Source: an uncultured Gemmatimonadaceae bacterium (lineage in GTDB: Bacteria > Gemmatimonadota > Gemmatimonadetes > Gemmatimonadales > Gemmatimonadaceae). Taken from it: a stretch of DNA of 64,000 nt. The translations under genes were made by a program, and so were the position numbers. The notes under the pieces were generated by a model. That model had not been told where the DNA came from. It ran no database searches and saw only the letters and a program-made list of their open reading frames with translations. Shown piece by piece: positions 11,385-22,978 of the stretch. The stretch lies in assembly GCA_963829055.1 (NCBI GenBank), contig CAWHHI010000009.1, positions 96,001 to 160,000 on the forward strand. The letters run 5' to 3'. The first letter of the stretch is position 1, and each line of letters opens with the position of its first letter.

Positions 11385-12644
11385 TTAGTCCCGGACCGAG
11401 GTCATCGCCTGGTACACGAGCACGGGAAACTTTCCGGCGACGTCCGACCGGTTCGGCAGCTGGTTCAGCATGAAGATGAGAACGACTCCCTGCTTACGAT
11501 CGACGCGATACTGGCTGCCATATGCGCCGCCCCAGCCGAACGCGCCGACCGAGAACAGCGTATTGTCCGCGCCGAGTCGCTCGACGATCGAGAAGCCGAG
11601 ACCGAAACCCTCGCCGCTCGTGGGATACAGCGTCCCAGTCTGGTTCGTAGTCATGAGCGCGACGGTCTGCGGCGACAGTACTCTCACGCCGTCGAGCTCA
11701 CCCCCGTTCAACATCATCTGCATGAGGCGCGCATAGTCGCGTGCCGTGGACACGAGACCCGCACCGCCCGAAAAACTGCGGCGCGGACCGTCCACGTAAT
11801 GCCCCTGTCCCTTCGCGCCGTCGGGCGCGCGAGCCACGTGATTGCCGGCATCGCTCGCGTAGACCGCGACCAGGCGCTCGCGCTTCGCGGCGGGCACGAA
11901 GAAGTGTGTGTCCTTCATTCCCAACGGCTGGGTGATGCGCGTCCTGATGAACTCGTCGAGCGGCAGTCCCGACGCAACCTCGACGACGCAGCCGAGAATG
12001 TCGGTGTTGTACCCGTACACCCACGCCTCGCCGGGTTGACTCGCGAATGGAAGCGACGCGAGGCGCTCCATCGTCGGACAAATGGGTTCGTCCTTGTCGG
12101 CCGTGTACCATCCCCAACCCGCCGCCGGCCCGAGCCCCTTCTCGCGATACAGCGACGCGAGCACGGAATCCGTGCCGTACGAGATCCCCGCGGTGTGAGT
12201 GAGCAGGTCGCGGATGGTGATCCGGCGCTTGGCCGGCATCTGCTGGCCGTTCACCATGACGGTCGTGCGGGCGTACGCGGGAATGAAGCGACTCACGGGA
12301 TCGTCCAGCGCGATCTTGCCTTCCTCGAACAGGATCATGGCCGCGATGCTCGTTAGGGCCTTGGTCTGTGAGGCGATCCGGAAGAGAGCGTCGGTCGTCA
12401 TGCGTCGCCCACTCTCCTTGTCGGCCCAGCCCACGGCGCGCTCGTAGACGACCTTCCCGTCGCGCAGCACGAGCCCGACCGCACCCGCGATCCTGCTGCT
12501 GTCTGTCTGCTGTAGGAGATACGCGTCCACGCGCTGCAAACGTTCGGCGGAGAAGCCGTTGTCCGAACGCGCGCTGGCGCGGCTCGCGGCCTGCGCGCTG
12601 AGTAGCGCCGGGAACGCTGCGACAAGGAGAAGGGTGCGCTGCAT
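11385..12644 (-). CDS. Serine hydrolase (beta-lactamase/S12 family)
   Basis: Signal peptide MQRTLLL; FRIASQTK (SxxK), LLTHTAG, PGEAWVYG, FGWGGAYG. Confidence 0.85.
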   Translation of the reverse strand: MQRTLLLVAAFPALLSAQAASRASARSDNGFSAERLQRVDAYLLQQTDSSRIAGAVGLVLRDGKVVYERAVGWADKESGRRMTTDALFRIASQTKALTSIAAMILFEEGKIALDDPVSRFIPAYARTTVMVNGQQMPAKRRITIRDLLTHTAGISYGTDSVLASLYREKGLGPAAGWGWYTADKDEPICPTMERLASLPFASQPGEAWVYGYNTDILGCVVEVASGLPLDEFIRTRITQPLGMKDTHFFVPAAKRERLVAVYASDAGNHVARAPDGAKGQGHYVDGPRRSFSGGAGLVSTARDYARLMQMMLNGGELDGVRVLSPQTVALMTTNQTGTLYPTSGEGFGLGFSIVERLGADNTLFSVGAFGWGGAYGSQYRVDRKQGVVLIFMLNQLPNRSDVAGKFPVLVYQAMTSVRD

Positions 12645-12682
12645 GGGAGTGATGGCTCGGTGTAGTTTTGGATTCGAGGCGC

Positions 12683-13850
12683 TCACGCGGCGTCTTCTCC
12701 CAGGCCGAGCTCTCGCAGAATCTCCGCCGAGTGCTGGCCGAGCAGCGGGGGTGGGCGCCTGACGCGCGGCGGCGTCTCGCTCATCTTGAGCGGAAAGCCT
12801 AACGTGCGCACTCGGCCGGCAACCGGATGGTCGATTTCCTCGATCATGTGACGGGCGTGCGTGTGTGGATCCGCGAAGACCTGGGCGAAGTCGTGAATCG
12901 GCCCCGCTGGTACGCCTACGGCGAGCATGCGCTCGACCCAGTCCGCGGTGGTACGCGCGGCCAGTGCGACCTCGATCTCGCGCACGAGCGCGGGGCGGTT
13001 CGCCATTCTCGCGGCGTTCGTCGCGAAGCGCGAATCGGACGTGAGCGTCCTCGCGATCCAGCGTCGCGCAGAGTCGCTCCCACTGCAGCGACGTGAGCGC
13101 GGCGAGCGTGATGTACCCATCGCTCGTGCGGAACGCCTGGTACGGTGCGCTCAACCGGTGGGCCGAGCCCATCGCGTGAGGCGCACTGCCCGTCGCCCAG
13201 TACTCGGTCGTTTCCCAGACGGACATCGCGAGCGCCGACTCGAACAGCGACGTGTCAATGTGCTGCCCGCGACCGGTTTTACCACGCGCGATGAGCGCCG
13301 CGAGTATGCCGTTCGTGGCAATGAGACCGACCGACAAGTCCGCGATCGGTACGCCGCATTTCACGGGCGTCCCGCCGGGCTCACCAGTCACGCTCATGAT
13401 GCCGCTCATGCCCTGCGCGATGAGGTCGAAGCCGGGTCGGTCCGCGTACGGGCCCGTCTGCCCGAAGCCGGATATGCTCGCGTAGATGAGACGCGGATTG
13501 AGCGCCGACACGGTTTCGTAGTCCACGCCGAGCCGCTTCGTGACGCCCGGGCGGAAGCTCTCGACGAGCACGTCCGCCGTGCGAACGAGCGCCGTCATCA
13601 CCGCACGGTCGGAGTCCCGTGTGAGGTCGAGGACGATGCTGCGCTTGTTTCGATTGAGCGCGAAGAACGGAGCGTTGTCGTTGCCAGGCATCCGCAACTG
13701 CGCGCCGCCCATCGATCGCGAGAGATCGCCGGTGGGCGGTTCGACCTTGATGACGTCGGCGCCAAGGTCGCCGAGCTGCATGGTGCAGAACGGGCCGCCC
13801 ATGACCTGCGTGAGGTCGACGACGCGCACGCCGTCGAGAGGGAGAGTCAT
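12683..13850 (-). CDS. CaiB/BaiF family III CoA transferase, frameshift near 13050
   Basis: PLDGVRVVDL, GADVIKVE, NRNKRSI, ESFRPG, ISGFGQTGP, C-terminal PPPLLGQHSAEILRELG in ORF 12683..13120. Confidence 0.9.
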
Positions 13851-13875
13851 GCGGGCAATTCTAGCTCGCCGCCGA

Positions 13876-15633
13876 TCATTTCACGACGCCCGCATCGAAC
13901 ACGACCTTCCCGTTGAAGATCGTCATCAGACACTTCGCGTCCTTGATCTCGGCCGTCGGCACCGAGTAGAAGTCGCGATCCCACACCGCGAGGTCCGCGT
14001 ACTTCCCGACCTCGATCGACCCGATCTTCTTCTCCAGGAACATCTGCCGCGCCGCCCAGATCGTCACCGCGCGCAAGCGCCGTGCGCACGTCCACCGACT
14101 CTGCGCGGCCGAACGGGTCCTTGCCGTAGACGCCTAACAACGGCTCGCGCGCGATCGCGGCCCAGATGCCATAGCGCGCCGGGAACGGCGTGACGCCGAT
14201 AGTCGGAGCCGTTGCGCCCACGTCATGCCCTTCGCGCGGAACGTCTTGAATGGATTCAGGCGAAGCGAACGCTTCGGCCCGAAGTTGCCCGCGTACGTGT
14301 CGCCGAGCCACCAGGTGAACGTCGCGGATGGCTCGGGATAGCCGGCGTCGAAGTCGCGCTGCAGCCTCGCCATCATGTCGATCGCGTGATCCGTCGGAAT
14401 GTTCGAGTGGATGATCGCGTGCCGGAGGCCCTTCTTCGGATTCTCGCGCATCGCCTGATCGTACGTGTCCACGACCCAGTCGATGCCGCGGTCGCCGATC
14501 GAGTGCACCGCGACGTGCATTCCGGCATCGTGGTACATGCGGATGAGCATGCGGATCGTGTCGGGATTCGACGCCGGATATCCGCGATTGCCCGGATCGG
14601 TGCCGCGATAGTCCTTGTTCCAGTCGTCGTAGAGCCACGCCGTGCGCGCGCCGCCCGAGCCGTCGATGTAGAGCTTCACGCCGCCGGCGATCACGTGATC
14701 GTCGCCAGTGCGTCTCGTACGGCTTCGTCATCGCCGCACGCTCGGCGATCAGCTCGCTTCGCGCTCATCGACCGAGCGCCCGCCTGACCAGAGCGCGAAC
14801 ACGCGCACGTTGAGCGCGCTGTCCTGCTCGACCTTCTTGTAGATGTCCCACGTCTGCGACGAGATGCCCGGGATCCTTGAGGCCGGTCATCCCCTCGGCG
14901 TTGAACGCCTTCACGAAGTCGCGGATCCCCGCTTCGGTCTCCGCGGCCGAGCGCTGGCGGGACGAGGCGACGCACGAGACCCGCCGCGCCTTCGCGCAAC
15001 AGGCCGGTCGGCGTGCCGTCGGCGTTGCGGTCGATCGTGCCGTTCGGCGGATCCCGCGTGTCCTTCGTGACGCCGGCGAGGCTAAGCGCGACGCTGTTCG
15101 CGACGACGTAGTGGCCGGTGGTCTGCGTGAGCACGACCGGGTTGTCGGGCGAGACGGCGTCGAGGTCCTTCGCCGTGATGACACGTCGCTCGGTGAGCTT
15201 GCCCTCGTCCCAGCCACGTCCCTGAATCCACGCGCCCTTGGCGCGACGTGGCCACCTTCGCGCGAATCGCGGCGGCGACATCCGCGATGCTCTTGACGTT
15301 CGGATAGCTCAGGTCGATCACGTACAGGCGGTCGGCGCCGCCGCCGGAGAAGTGCGCGTGCGCATCGAGCAATCCGGGCGTGACGGCGCGGCCGCCGAGG
15401 TCGATGCGTCGTGCGTTAGGCGCGGCGGCGCGTTCGACTTCAGCCGTCGACCCGACAGCGACGATGCGTCCGCCAGCAATACCCACGGCCTGTGCGATCC
15501 GATCGTTCGTATCGACGGTCAGCACGCGACCGTTCACGAGGATGAGATCGGCGCGTGGCTGCTGCGCGCTCAGCGGTGCCGCGATCGCGATGCACGTCGC
15601 GAGAACGAGCGAATGCTGCTTCATGGACTTCAT
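13876..15633 (-). CDS. Amidohydrolase_3 (YtcJ-like) family, secreted, several frameshifts
   Basis: TPGLLDAHAH, WIQGRGWDE, GVKLYIDGS, VHSIGDRG, GSIEVGKYADLAVWDRD across frames. Confidence 0.85.
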
Positions 15634-15852
15634 GGACACGTGGGAGCGATGTAGGTCTGGAATGTGATTGGACGCGCCGGGCCGGCATGGCCATTGTGAG
15701 GTCGCCACCAACGGTGTGGTAGACGATCGCGGAATGTCCAGCGAGTGGCGACCGGTCGGTCCGGGCCGTATGATATCGCGCCGCCCGGTTCGGTTCCCGC
15801 TGTCGGGCGAAGCAACCCAGAGGATTTCTCTCTCTTGTCCGGAGGATGCTGT

Positions 15853-17129
15853 ATGCTGCGCGCAGCTCAGTTACGCCTTGCCCTCGCCGCCATCGCAGCT
15901 GTCGCCCTGGCCGCCTGCCAGGAAGACCAGACTCCGACGGCCGTGACCGTCCCCGCACAACCCTCGGCAAGCGCGCAGTCGTCGCAGGGCAACGGGCCAC
16001 CCACGGCCGACGAACTCGATCGGCAGGTGCCCGGTTTCGGTGGCTTCTTCCTCGATCGCGCGGGAGAGCCGACCGTGTACCTCGACGCGTGGTGCGAGCA
16101 GGGCTCCGGCGGAGCGCGCGCTCGGTGCGTATCTCGCGGCGCGCGGCCTGTCGAACGCGGCGGTGCACGTGCTCGAGGCCCGGTACGGATGGCAGCAGCT
16201 CCAGCGCTGGCAGGACGCGGCGACCGACGGTGCCTTCGAGGTCCCCGGGACGGTGTTCGTGGACAACGACGAGACGAGCAACCGTGTTCGCATCGGCGTC
16301 GAGAACGTGAATGCGGTCGGACAGGTTCGGGCGGCGTTGGCTCGCCGCGGTCTGCCTGACGACGCGGTGATCATCGAGCGCGCCGACCCGATCGTGCAGG
16401 TGGCGTCGCTCCAGAACGTCGTCGACCGCCCGGTGCGCGCTGGCGTTCAGATCAATTTCCCCGGATTCCTCTGCTCGGTCGGGTTCAACGCGACGTCGGG
16501 CGACGTAGAAGTCGTTCATCACCGCGTCGCACTGCACGACCAAGCAGGGTGGTGTCGAGAGCACTCCGTATTGGCAGCCGCTCCAGTCGGTGAATGGCAC
16601 GCAGATCGCGACGGAGGTTGCGGACCCGGTCTACTACGAAGGGCGCGGGCTGCCCGGGCGGCAAGACCTGTCGCTACAGCGACGCTTCGCGTGCGGCGTA
16701 CAGCGAACGGCGCCAACCAGGCGCTCGGCCTGATCGCGAGGACGAGCGGGCCTAACAACAACAGCCTCGAGATCACCGGCTCGTTCACGATCACGTCGGA
16801 CGACTGCGCAGACACGATCGGCGGATGCCTGCCAGTTGGCGCGACGGTGAACAAGGTCGGGCGCACCACCGGATGGACCAGGGCACCATCACGAACACGT
16901 GCGTCAACACCGGCGTGCAGGGCAGCAGGATCGTCCAGCTCTGCCAGACGTTCGTGTCGGCCGGAGTGGGCGGGGGCGACAGCGGCTCGGACGTCTTCCA
17001 GATCACGGGCGATGCACGAGCGTGAAGCTCGCTGGGATTCTCTGGGGCGGGAGCTCGAGCGGGACTCAGTTCGTGTTCAGCCCGTTCGGCAACGTGACGA
17101 GAGAGCTCGGCGCGCTGACCACGCACTGA
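15853..17129 (+). CDS. Lipoprotein S1 (trypsin/alpha-lytic-like) serine protease with pro-region, frameshifted
   Basis: Lipobox ALAAC; CSVGF, ITASHC (His), KVGRTTGWT, GGDSGS (Ser), LAGILWGG. Confidence 0.8.
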
Positions 17130-17527
17130 GCCGCCGACGCAGTATCCCGACGTTCACCTAACGCTGGAGGCACCGGCCCGCGCCCGTTCGGGCGAGCCGG
17201 TGCCTCTCGTTTTAACGGTCACGAACACCGGCACCGCTGTCCGTGACGTTGCAGCTCCTCGGCCGGAAACCCACCGCCGACTTCCGCATCTCGGACGCAG
17301 ACGGCCGCCCAATCTGGACTCGCCTTCGCGGCCAGACGATGCTCGGCGCGCTTCGCCTCTATCCGCTGGATGCAGGAAAGGCACTCGTATTCCGAGCGGT
17401 GTGGGATGGGCGTGACGACGGTGGAAGCCTGGCGCCGCCGGGCGAGTACCTGATCCGCGGCGTGCTACTGACTGACGACCCCGGAGGGCTGCCTTCCTCG
17501 CCCCTCCGGCTGCGCGTTGACGCCTAA
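17130..17527 (+). CDS. BsuPI-like putative intracellular proteinase inhibitor (Ig-like), frameshift near 17243, start unclear
   Basis: GEPVPLVLTVTNTG / LQLLGRKPTADFRI..GRPIWTR..VWDGRDDGG..PPGEYLIRGVL resembles the BsuPI pattern. Confidence 0.55.
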
Positions 17528-17545
17528 CGCCTCCGGGATCGACGC

Positions 17546-18598
17546 TCACACCCGCGGCATCACCTCGGCTGAAAACAGCTCCATACTGCGTAGCACCTGC
17601 TCGTGTGGGATGAGGCCGCCGAAGTTGAACCAGCAGATCACCCGCCCGGGGTTGAGCTCCTCCCTCACTTGCTGGAGCCGTTCCACGCACGCGGATGGCG
17701 TGTCGAAGATCCCCGTCACGGTGTTCACACTGTCGTACGTCATCCCGCAGATCTGCTCGAGAATCGCCTGCAGCTTCGGCCGCTCCGACTCAGGAGACTT
17801 CGCCACCCATGTCGCCGCCACCGACGCCGCCGTCTCCGCGAATTGCCTGACACTCGGCGCGACGTCACGCTCGACGCGACGCCGGTCGCTCCCGACGTAG
17901 ATCGGCATGAGCAGCGTTAGGTCCTCGCCCGCAGCCGTCGCATGGCCGGCGTCCGCGCGGGCGCGGCGGTAGAGCGGAATCAGCTCCCGCAGCTTCGGGA
18001 GCGGGTTGACGTTCGAGGCGACGAAGATCGGGTAGCCCTCACGGCCGGCCCACGTGGCGGTGTCTGCGCTGTTGGCGGCAACACGAATGGGTGGGTGCGG
18101 CTGCTGGATCGGCCTCGGCGCGAGTGCGAGGTCGTCCGCGTGGAAGAATCGCCCTCGGAACGAGAACCGCTCGGTTGTCCACGCTCGGCGGATGTAGTCG
18201 AGCGACTCTACCATGCGGTCGCGGCTCTCGGACATTGGCACGCCGAAGCCGCCGAAGTGGCTCGGGTTGCCGCCGCGCCCGACGCCGAGCTCGACACGGC
18301 CGCCACTGAGGACGTCGAGTGTCGCGATCTCCTCCGCCACACGCATCGGGTGCGCGAGCGGGAGCTGCACGATCGCGGTGCCGAGGCGGAGGGTGGTCGT
18401 GCGCGCCGCGATGGCCGCCAGGAGGAGGGTCGGGCAGGGAAGGATCGATACCGTCGGGTTGAAGTGGTGCTCGACCGGCCACACCGACTCGAATCCGAGC
18501 GCTTCGGCGCGCGTTGCCTGCTCTATGGTGTCACGATACCGTTGCGCGGGCGACTGGCCCTCGGCACACGATAACAGGTAGTGAAGTCCGAACTTCAT
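17546..18598 (-). CDS. LLM-class flavin-dependent oxidoreductase (luciferase-like)
   Basis: MKFGL, AEALGFESVWPVEHHF, LRLGTAI, DVLSGGRVELGVGRG; RBS GAGGAG. Confidence 0.9.
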   Translation of the reverse strand: MKFGLHYLLSCAEGQSPAQRYRDTIEQATRAEALGFESVWPVEHHFNPTVSILPCPTLLLAAIAARTTTLRLGTAIVQLPLAHPMRVAEEIATLDVLSGGRVELGVGRGGNPSHFGGFGVPMSESRDRMVESLDYIRRAWTTERFSFRGRFFHADDLALAPRPIQQPHPPIRVAANSADTATWAGREGYPIFVASNVNPLPKLRELIPLYRRARADAGHATAAGEDLTLLMPIYVGSDRRRVERDVAPSVRQFAETAASVAATWVAKSPESERPKLQAILEQICGMTYDSVNTVTGIFDTPSACVERLQQVREELNPGRVICWFNFGGLIPHEQVLRSMELFSAEVMPRV

Positions 18599-18775
18599 CG
18601 TTCTACTCCTCGCCAATGCTCACTGTGCGTCGACCGCGACCGCCGCGGGTTGCACGGGAGGATGGTACGCGCGCGTGCCACGCGGGCGTATCTGGCGACT
18701 GGCCGATCTTGTCCCTGACGATGGTTGGGTCGGGCGCGTCGCGACGCGCCATGCGTCGCCTAACGAACCGGAATG

Positions 18776-20025
18776 CTACCTGGGCCGACTATCCGGACGG
18801 GGGCGGAGCCGCGCGTAGGCGAAGAGGGGATTCACCGCGGCTTTGCCTTGCACGAGCGCCGCGACGTGCTCGCCGAGCGCCGGCCCCATCTTGAAACCGT
18901 GCCCGGAGCCGCCGCCGACGAGCCACACGTTCTCGAGTTGCGGATGCTTGTCGATGAGGTAGTTGCCGTCGCTCGACGCCTCGTACTGACACACCCGCGC
19001 TTCCACGAGCGGCGCGTTGGCGAGAGCAGGGAAGCGCTCCGCCACGATTTTCTTCGCGCGCGCGAGGCCGTCGGCGCTCGGGACACGGTCGATCGTCGTG
19101 GGGTCGACTTCGTCGCCCGCTGTATCATCCGCGACCTTGAGGCCGCGTCGCTCGAAGCTCGGGACGCCGTAGACGAGCCGCTCGCCGATGTGCACCCATA
19201 CCGGTTGCGTCGGGGCGTCGAATCGGCGTGTCACCCGGCGGCGTGCCGAAGAAGAAGACCTCCTGTCGAGTCGCGACGATCCGGCGGCCGACGACGTCGG
19301 GGAACACCTGCCCCATCCACGGGCCGCACGCGAAGACGAAGCGGTCGGCGTCGAGAGCGCTGCCGGCCGGCAAGCCCGATGTTCGTTAGGCGACTGCCGG
19401 CCGTCCTTCCAGGGCGGACCATCGCCTGCCTGTACGTTCCGCCTTCGCGCACGAACGTCTCGCGCACGAGCTCGCACGCAACGCGCGCTGTGAGAAACCC
19501 GCCGTCCGGTTCGTGGAACACGCTGCGCACGTTCTGAAAGCCCATCTGCGGGAAGCGGCGCCGAGCCTCGGCCAGTGGCAGCTCTTCGAGGCCCAGCCCG
19601 ACCGCCTTCATGGGCGCGATCGACTTCCGCACGTAACTGTCGTCGGTTGCGCACATCCAGACGGCGCCGGTGCGGTAGTAGATCTGGCGCTTCCACCGCT
19701 GCTCGGCCTCACGCCACAGCTTCATGGCGCGAGCCGCCATCTGGCTGTAGTCGGGGACGCCGTTATACACCCCGCGGATGACGCGAGTCTCGCCGCCTGA
19801 CGACGCGCGCGAGTTGCCGGCACCCCACGCGTCCACGAGCGTTACGCGCATGCCTGCGCGGAGAAGCGAGAGCGCGGTCCAACCTCCGAATGCGCCAGCA
19901 CCCACGACGATGACGTGCTCCTGCGATGGCCGGAGCGCGCCGAATCGCAGCACGAACGGCGCCGCGACAGCGGAGGCGACGAACGAGCGCCGCGATACGT
20001 GGCGAGATGCAGGCGTTGTTGTCAT
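18776..20025 (-). CDS. Tat-exported FAD-dependent oxidoreductase (sarcosine/N-methylamino acid oxidase-like), frameshifted
   Basis: SRRSFV Tat motif; [39 protein letters not shown]. Confidence 0.85.
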
Positions 20026-20044
20026 TCCAGCGAGCACCAGCCGC

Positions 20045-20153
20045 TGTCATCCCGAGGAGTGAAACGACGAGGGACCTTCTGTAACGTCATAGTGGCACGA
20101 CTGCCACGAGTACGTTACGAGAAGATCCCTCGCCTTGCTCGCTCGGGATGACA
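20045..20153. repeat. REP/REPIN-like 109-bp inverted-repeat element
   Basis: TGTCATCCCGAG...CTCGGGATGACA ends with nested stems CGAGGGA.CTTCT/AGAAG.TCCCTCG, GTAACGT/ACGTTAC, GTGGCA/TGCCAC. Confidence 0.8.
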
Positions 20154-20248
20154 CGGTGGTTCGCGCGAGATGACGCCGCATTCTTCCTCCGCCCTCCGCC
20201 GTCCGTCCGCCGTCCGCCCCTCCTTCCCAAGGCCTCCTTCCTCAGGCC

Positions 20249-22904
20249 TCAGTAATTGAACGTCAGGTTCACACCTAACGTCCGTGGCTGGTTCGTGAGG
20301 TATCCTACACGAGCTCGCGTTCCACGCTCGCGGTCGAGCGACAGCAACGCCCGCTCGTCCGTGACGTTGTTGAGGAACAGCGCCGCTTCCCAGCCCGGTC
20401 GCGTGATCGCCAAGGCGCAGGTTGACCAGATTGTACGCCGGTAGCTCCGGGTCCCACGTGAACGTCGACGCCGTCAGCGGCCCGCCGATCGTGTTCGGCG
20501 CGAACGAGTTCAGGTCGAGCACGCCGAAGCCCGCCGCCTCGTCGTCGATCTGCGTGAAGCGCGAGCCCACGTAATTGTACGTCGCGGTGAGGAACCCGTC
20601 CGACCCCGACCGCAGCGGTCGATGCAGCGTGACCGCGGCCGCGCCCTGCACCTCCGGCACGCTCGGAAGCCGGTTGCCTTCCTCGATGCCCGACACGACG
20701 CTGACCTCCCCCGTGGAGCTCGTCGAGGTCAGGGTGGACCGCAGCTCCGCGTTGTTGAGCGTTCCGGTCAGCGCGAAGTCGAAATACTTGTTAGGTGCCG
20801 CCGTGAGCTCGAGCTCCAGGCCCTGGCTCACCGACTTGGGCACGTTGAAGACGAGCCGCGACGAGCACGAGCCCGCGGTCACGATCAGCTGCAGGTCGCG
20901 AATGTCCATGTAGAACGCGGACACGTTGAGCGACGCGCGCCCATCCATCCACTGGGACTTGGCGCCGACCTCGTAGTTCCACGCCGTCTCGTTCTCCCAC
21001 GACTCTCGACCGCTGAACGTCGCGAGATCCGCCGCCGTGCACAGCGGCACGTTGAGCGGGTCGTTGATGCCGCCGAGTCGGAAGCCCTGCGACGCCTGCG
21101 CGTTGAACGTGAGCCGGTCGTTCGCCTTGAAGCTGGCGATGACGCGCGGAGCGAAGCCGTCGGCGCTCGTGGACCCCGGCGTCGACACCACCGACGTTCC
21201 GGTATTGTCGTTCGCGAAGATGCCGTCGAAGACCTGCTCGCGATCCTCGTTGAAGTTGTAGTAGCGCAGCCCACCCGTGAGGTCGAGCCGGTTCGTCAGG
21301 CTCACCGTCGCTTCGCCGAACACCGCGGTCTGCCTGAGGTCGTACGACAGGTCGGAGTAGAACAGCACATCGGTCGGAGCGATGAGTCCCTTCGTGGGAA
21401 CGCCGGAAGCGGCCTCGAACCCGGACACGTCGAGGCTCTGGCCGTAGTCACGCAGGCTCTTGCTGAAGAAGCCCCCGACGAGCCACCGCGCGCGGCCGCC
21501 CCCACCGGCAAGGCGGAGCTCCTCGGTCACGACGTGACCCTTGGTCGCGTCATCGAGCGGCGAATTGAGCGTGTAGACGTCCTCGGGAAGACCGATGCTG
21601 CCACCGGTGATGCTCGACGTCAGTGCACCGGCGTCGCGCACCACGAGGATGTCGCGGTAGCTGTAGGACGTGACCGACGTCAGGTTCGCCTTCCCGAAGT
21701 CGTACTTCATGTTGAGATCGCCGAGCGTGTAGTTGTCGGTGAACGGCTCGGGGATCTGCGTGAACAGCTCGCGCTCACCTAACGTGACGGGAGGGCGCGT
21801 CGTGGTGTAGGGGTTCGCGAGAATGTTGTACGCGTCGATGCGGTTCCAGCCGTCCGCGCGCACGGTCTGGTAGACGACGCGCGGCGTGATGGTGAATCGG
21901 TCGTTAGGCTGGAACTGGAGCGCGGCACGCACACCGGTGCGTGTGCCGCTGTTCACGTTCTTCTCGACGCGCAGGCTCGGCTGCACCGCGTCCATGTAGC
22001 CACCGAGCTGGTTGTAGTACAACGCCACTCTCCCCGCCGCCCTGTTGCCGATCGGGACGTTCGCGCCGAGCTTGACGTTCGCGCCGATGCCACCACTGAG
22101 AACCTGGCTGGTTCCGACCTCGCCGAACGTGCTGCGAAGTCCGAGCTCCGGCTGGTTCGTGATGTAGCGGACCGTGCCCGCGAGCGACCCCGAGCCGAAC
22201 AGCGTGCCCTGTGGCCCACGCAGGACTTCGACGCGCGAGACGTCGAACAGGTCGAGGTCCGGCGTGAACAACGACAACGAGATGGGCGACTCGTCGAGGT
22301 AGACGCCTGCCTGTTCCTTGACCCCGGGTTGGTCACGCGCGATCTGGCCGGCAGACGCACCGCGGATGGCGACCTGGCTCTGACCGGGCCCGAGGTTCTG
22401 CACACTGAAACCAGCGACGTTCGTCGAGATGCCCTCGATGTTCTCCACTCCGCGCGACCGCAGGTCAGCCGCCGTCGGCGCGGCAACGGAGAAGGGGACG
22501 TCGGCCAGCTCCTGCTCGCGGAGCGTCGCGGTGACGGTGATCGCCTGGAGCGGCAGCGCCTGCAGCGTTAGGTCCACCGTCACGTCCTGATCGACGCGCA
22601 CGTCGGTGCGCGTGGTCCTTCGAAAACCGATCAGCGACGCGGAGACGGTGTAGGTGCCTGACGAGAGACCCGTGATGGTGTACGCACCATCAGCGCGCGT
22701 GGTCGTGCTTCGGGTGACGCCTGTCGCGTTGTTAGTGGCCCTGACCGTCGCCGCTTCCCGCGGGACGCCACCCGAGTCGCTCACTACCCCAGAAATGCGG
22801 CTGCTGCCGGGGGTCTGCGCGAGTGCGGGCGCAATGGCGGGGATACAGAGGAGTGCAGTCGTGAGCGCGACGAAGCTCGAGCACCGGCGAACCAGACAGA
22901 GCAT
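20249..22904 (-). CDS. TonB-dependent receptor with N-terminal carboxypeptidase-regulatory-like domain, frameshift near 20410
   Basis: ITVTATLRE TonB box region, RVEVLRGPQGTLFG, ETAWNYEVGAK; corrected C-terminus QPRTLGVNLTFNY*. Confidence 0.9.
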
Positions 22905-22978
22905 GAAAGCCTCCCGTCAATGGATTTGCCTGCAGTGCGACCAGGTGCGTCGTTGGTATCCCTAGTACATGTGGTTTG

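Noticed and set aside
11385..13850. Apparent 821-aa CoA-transferase/beta-lactamase fusion ORF
   Set aside because: A frameshift near 13050 causes read-through. The true CoA-transferase C-terminus is in another frame (ends 12683), and the hydrolase has its own signal peptide at 12644.
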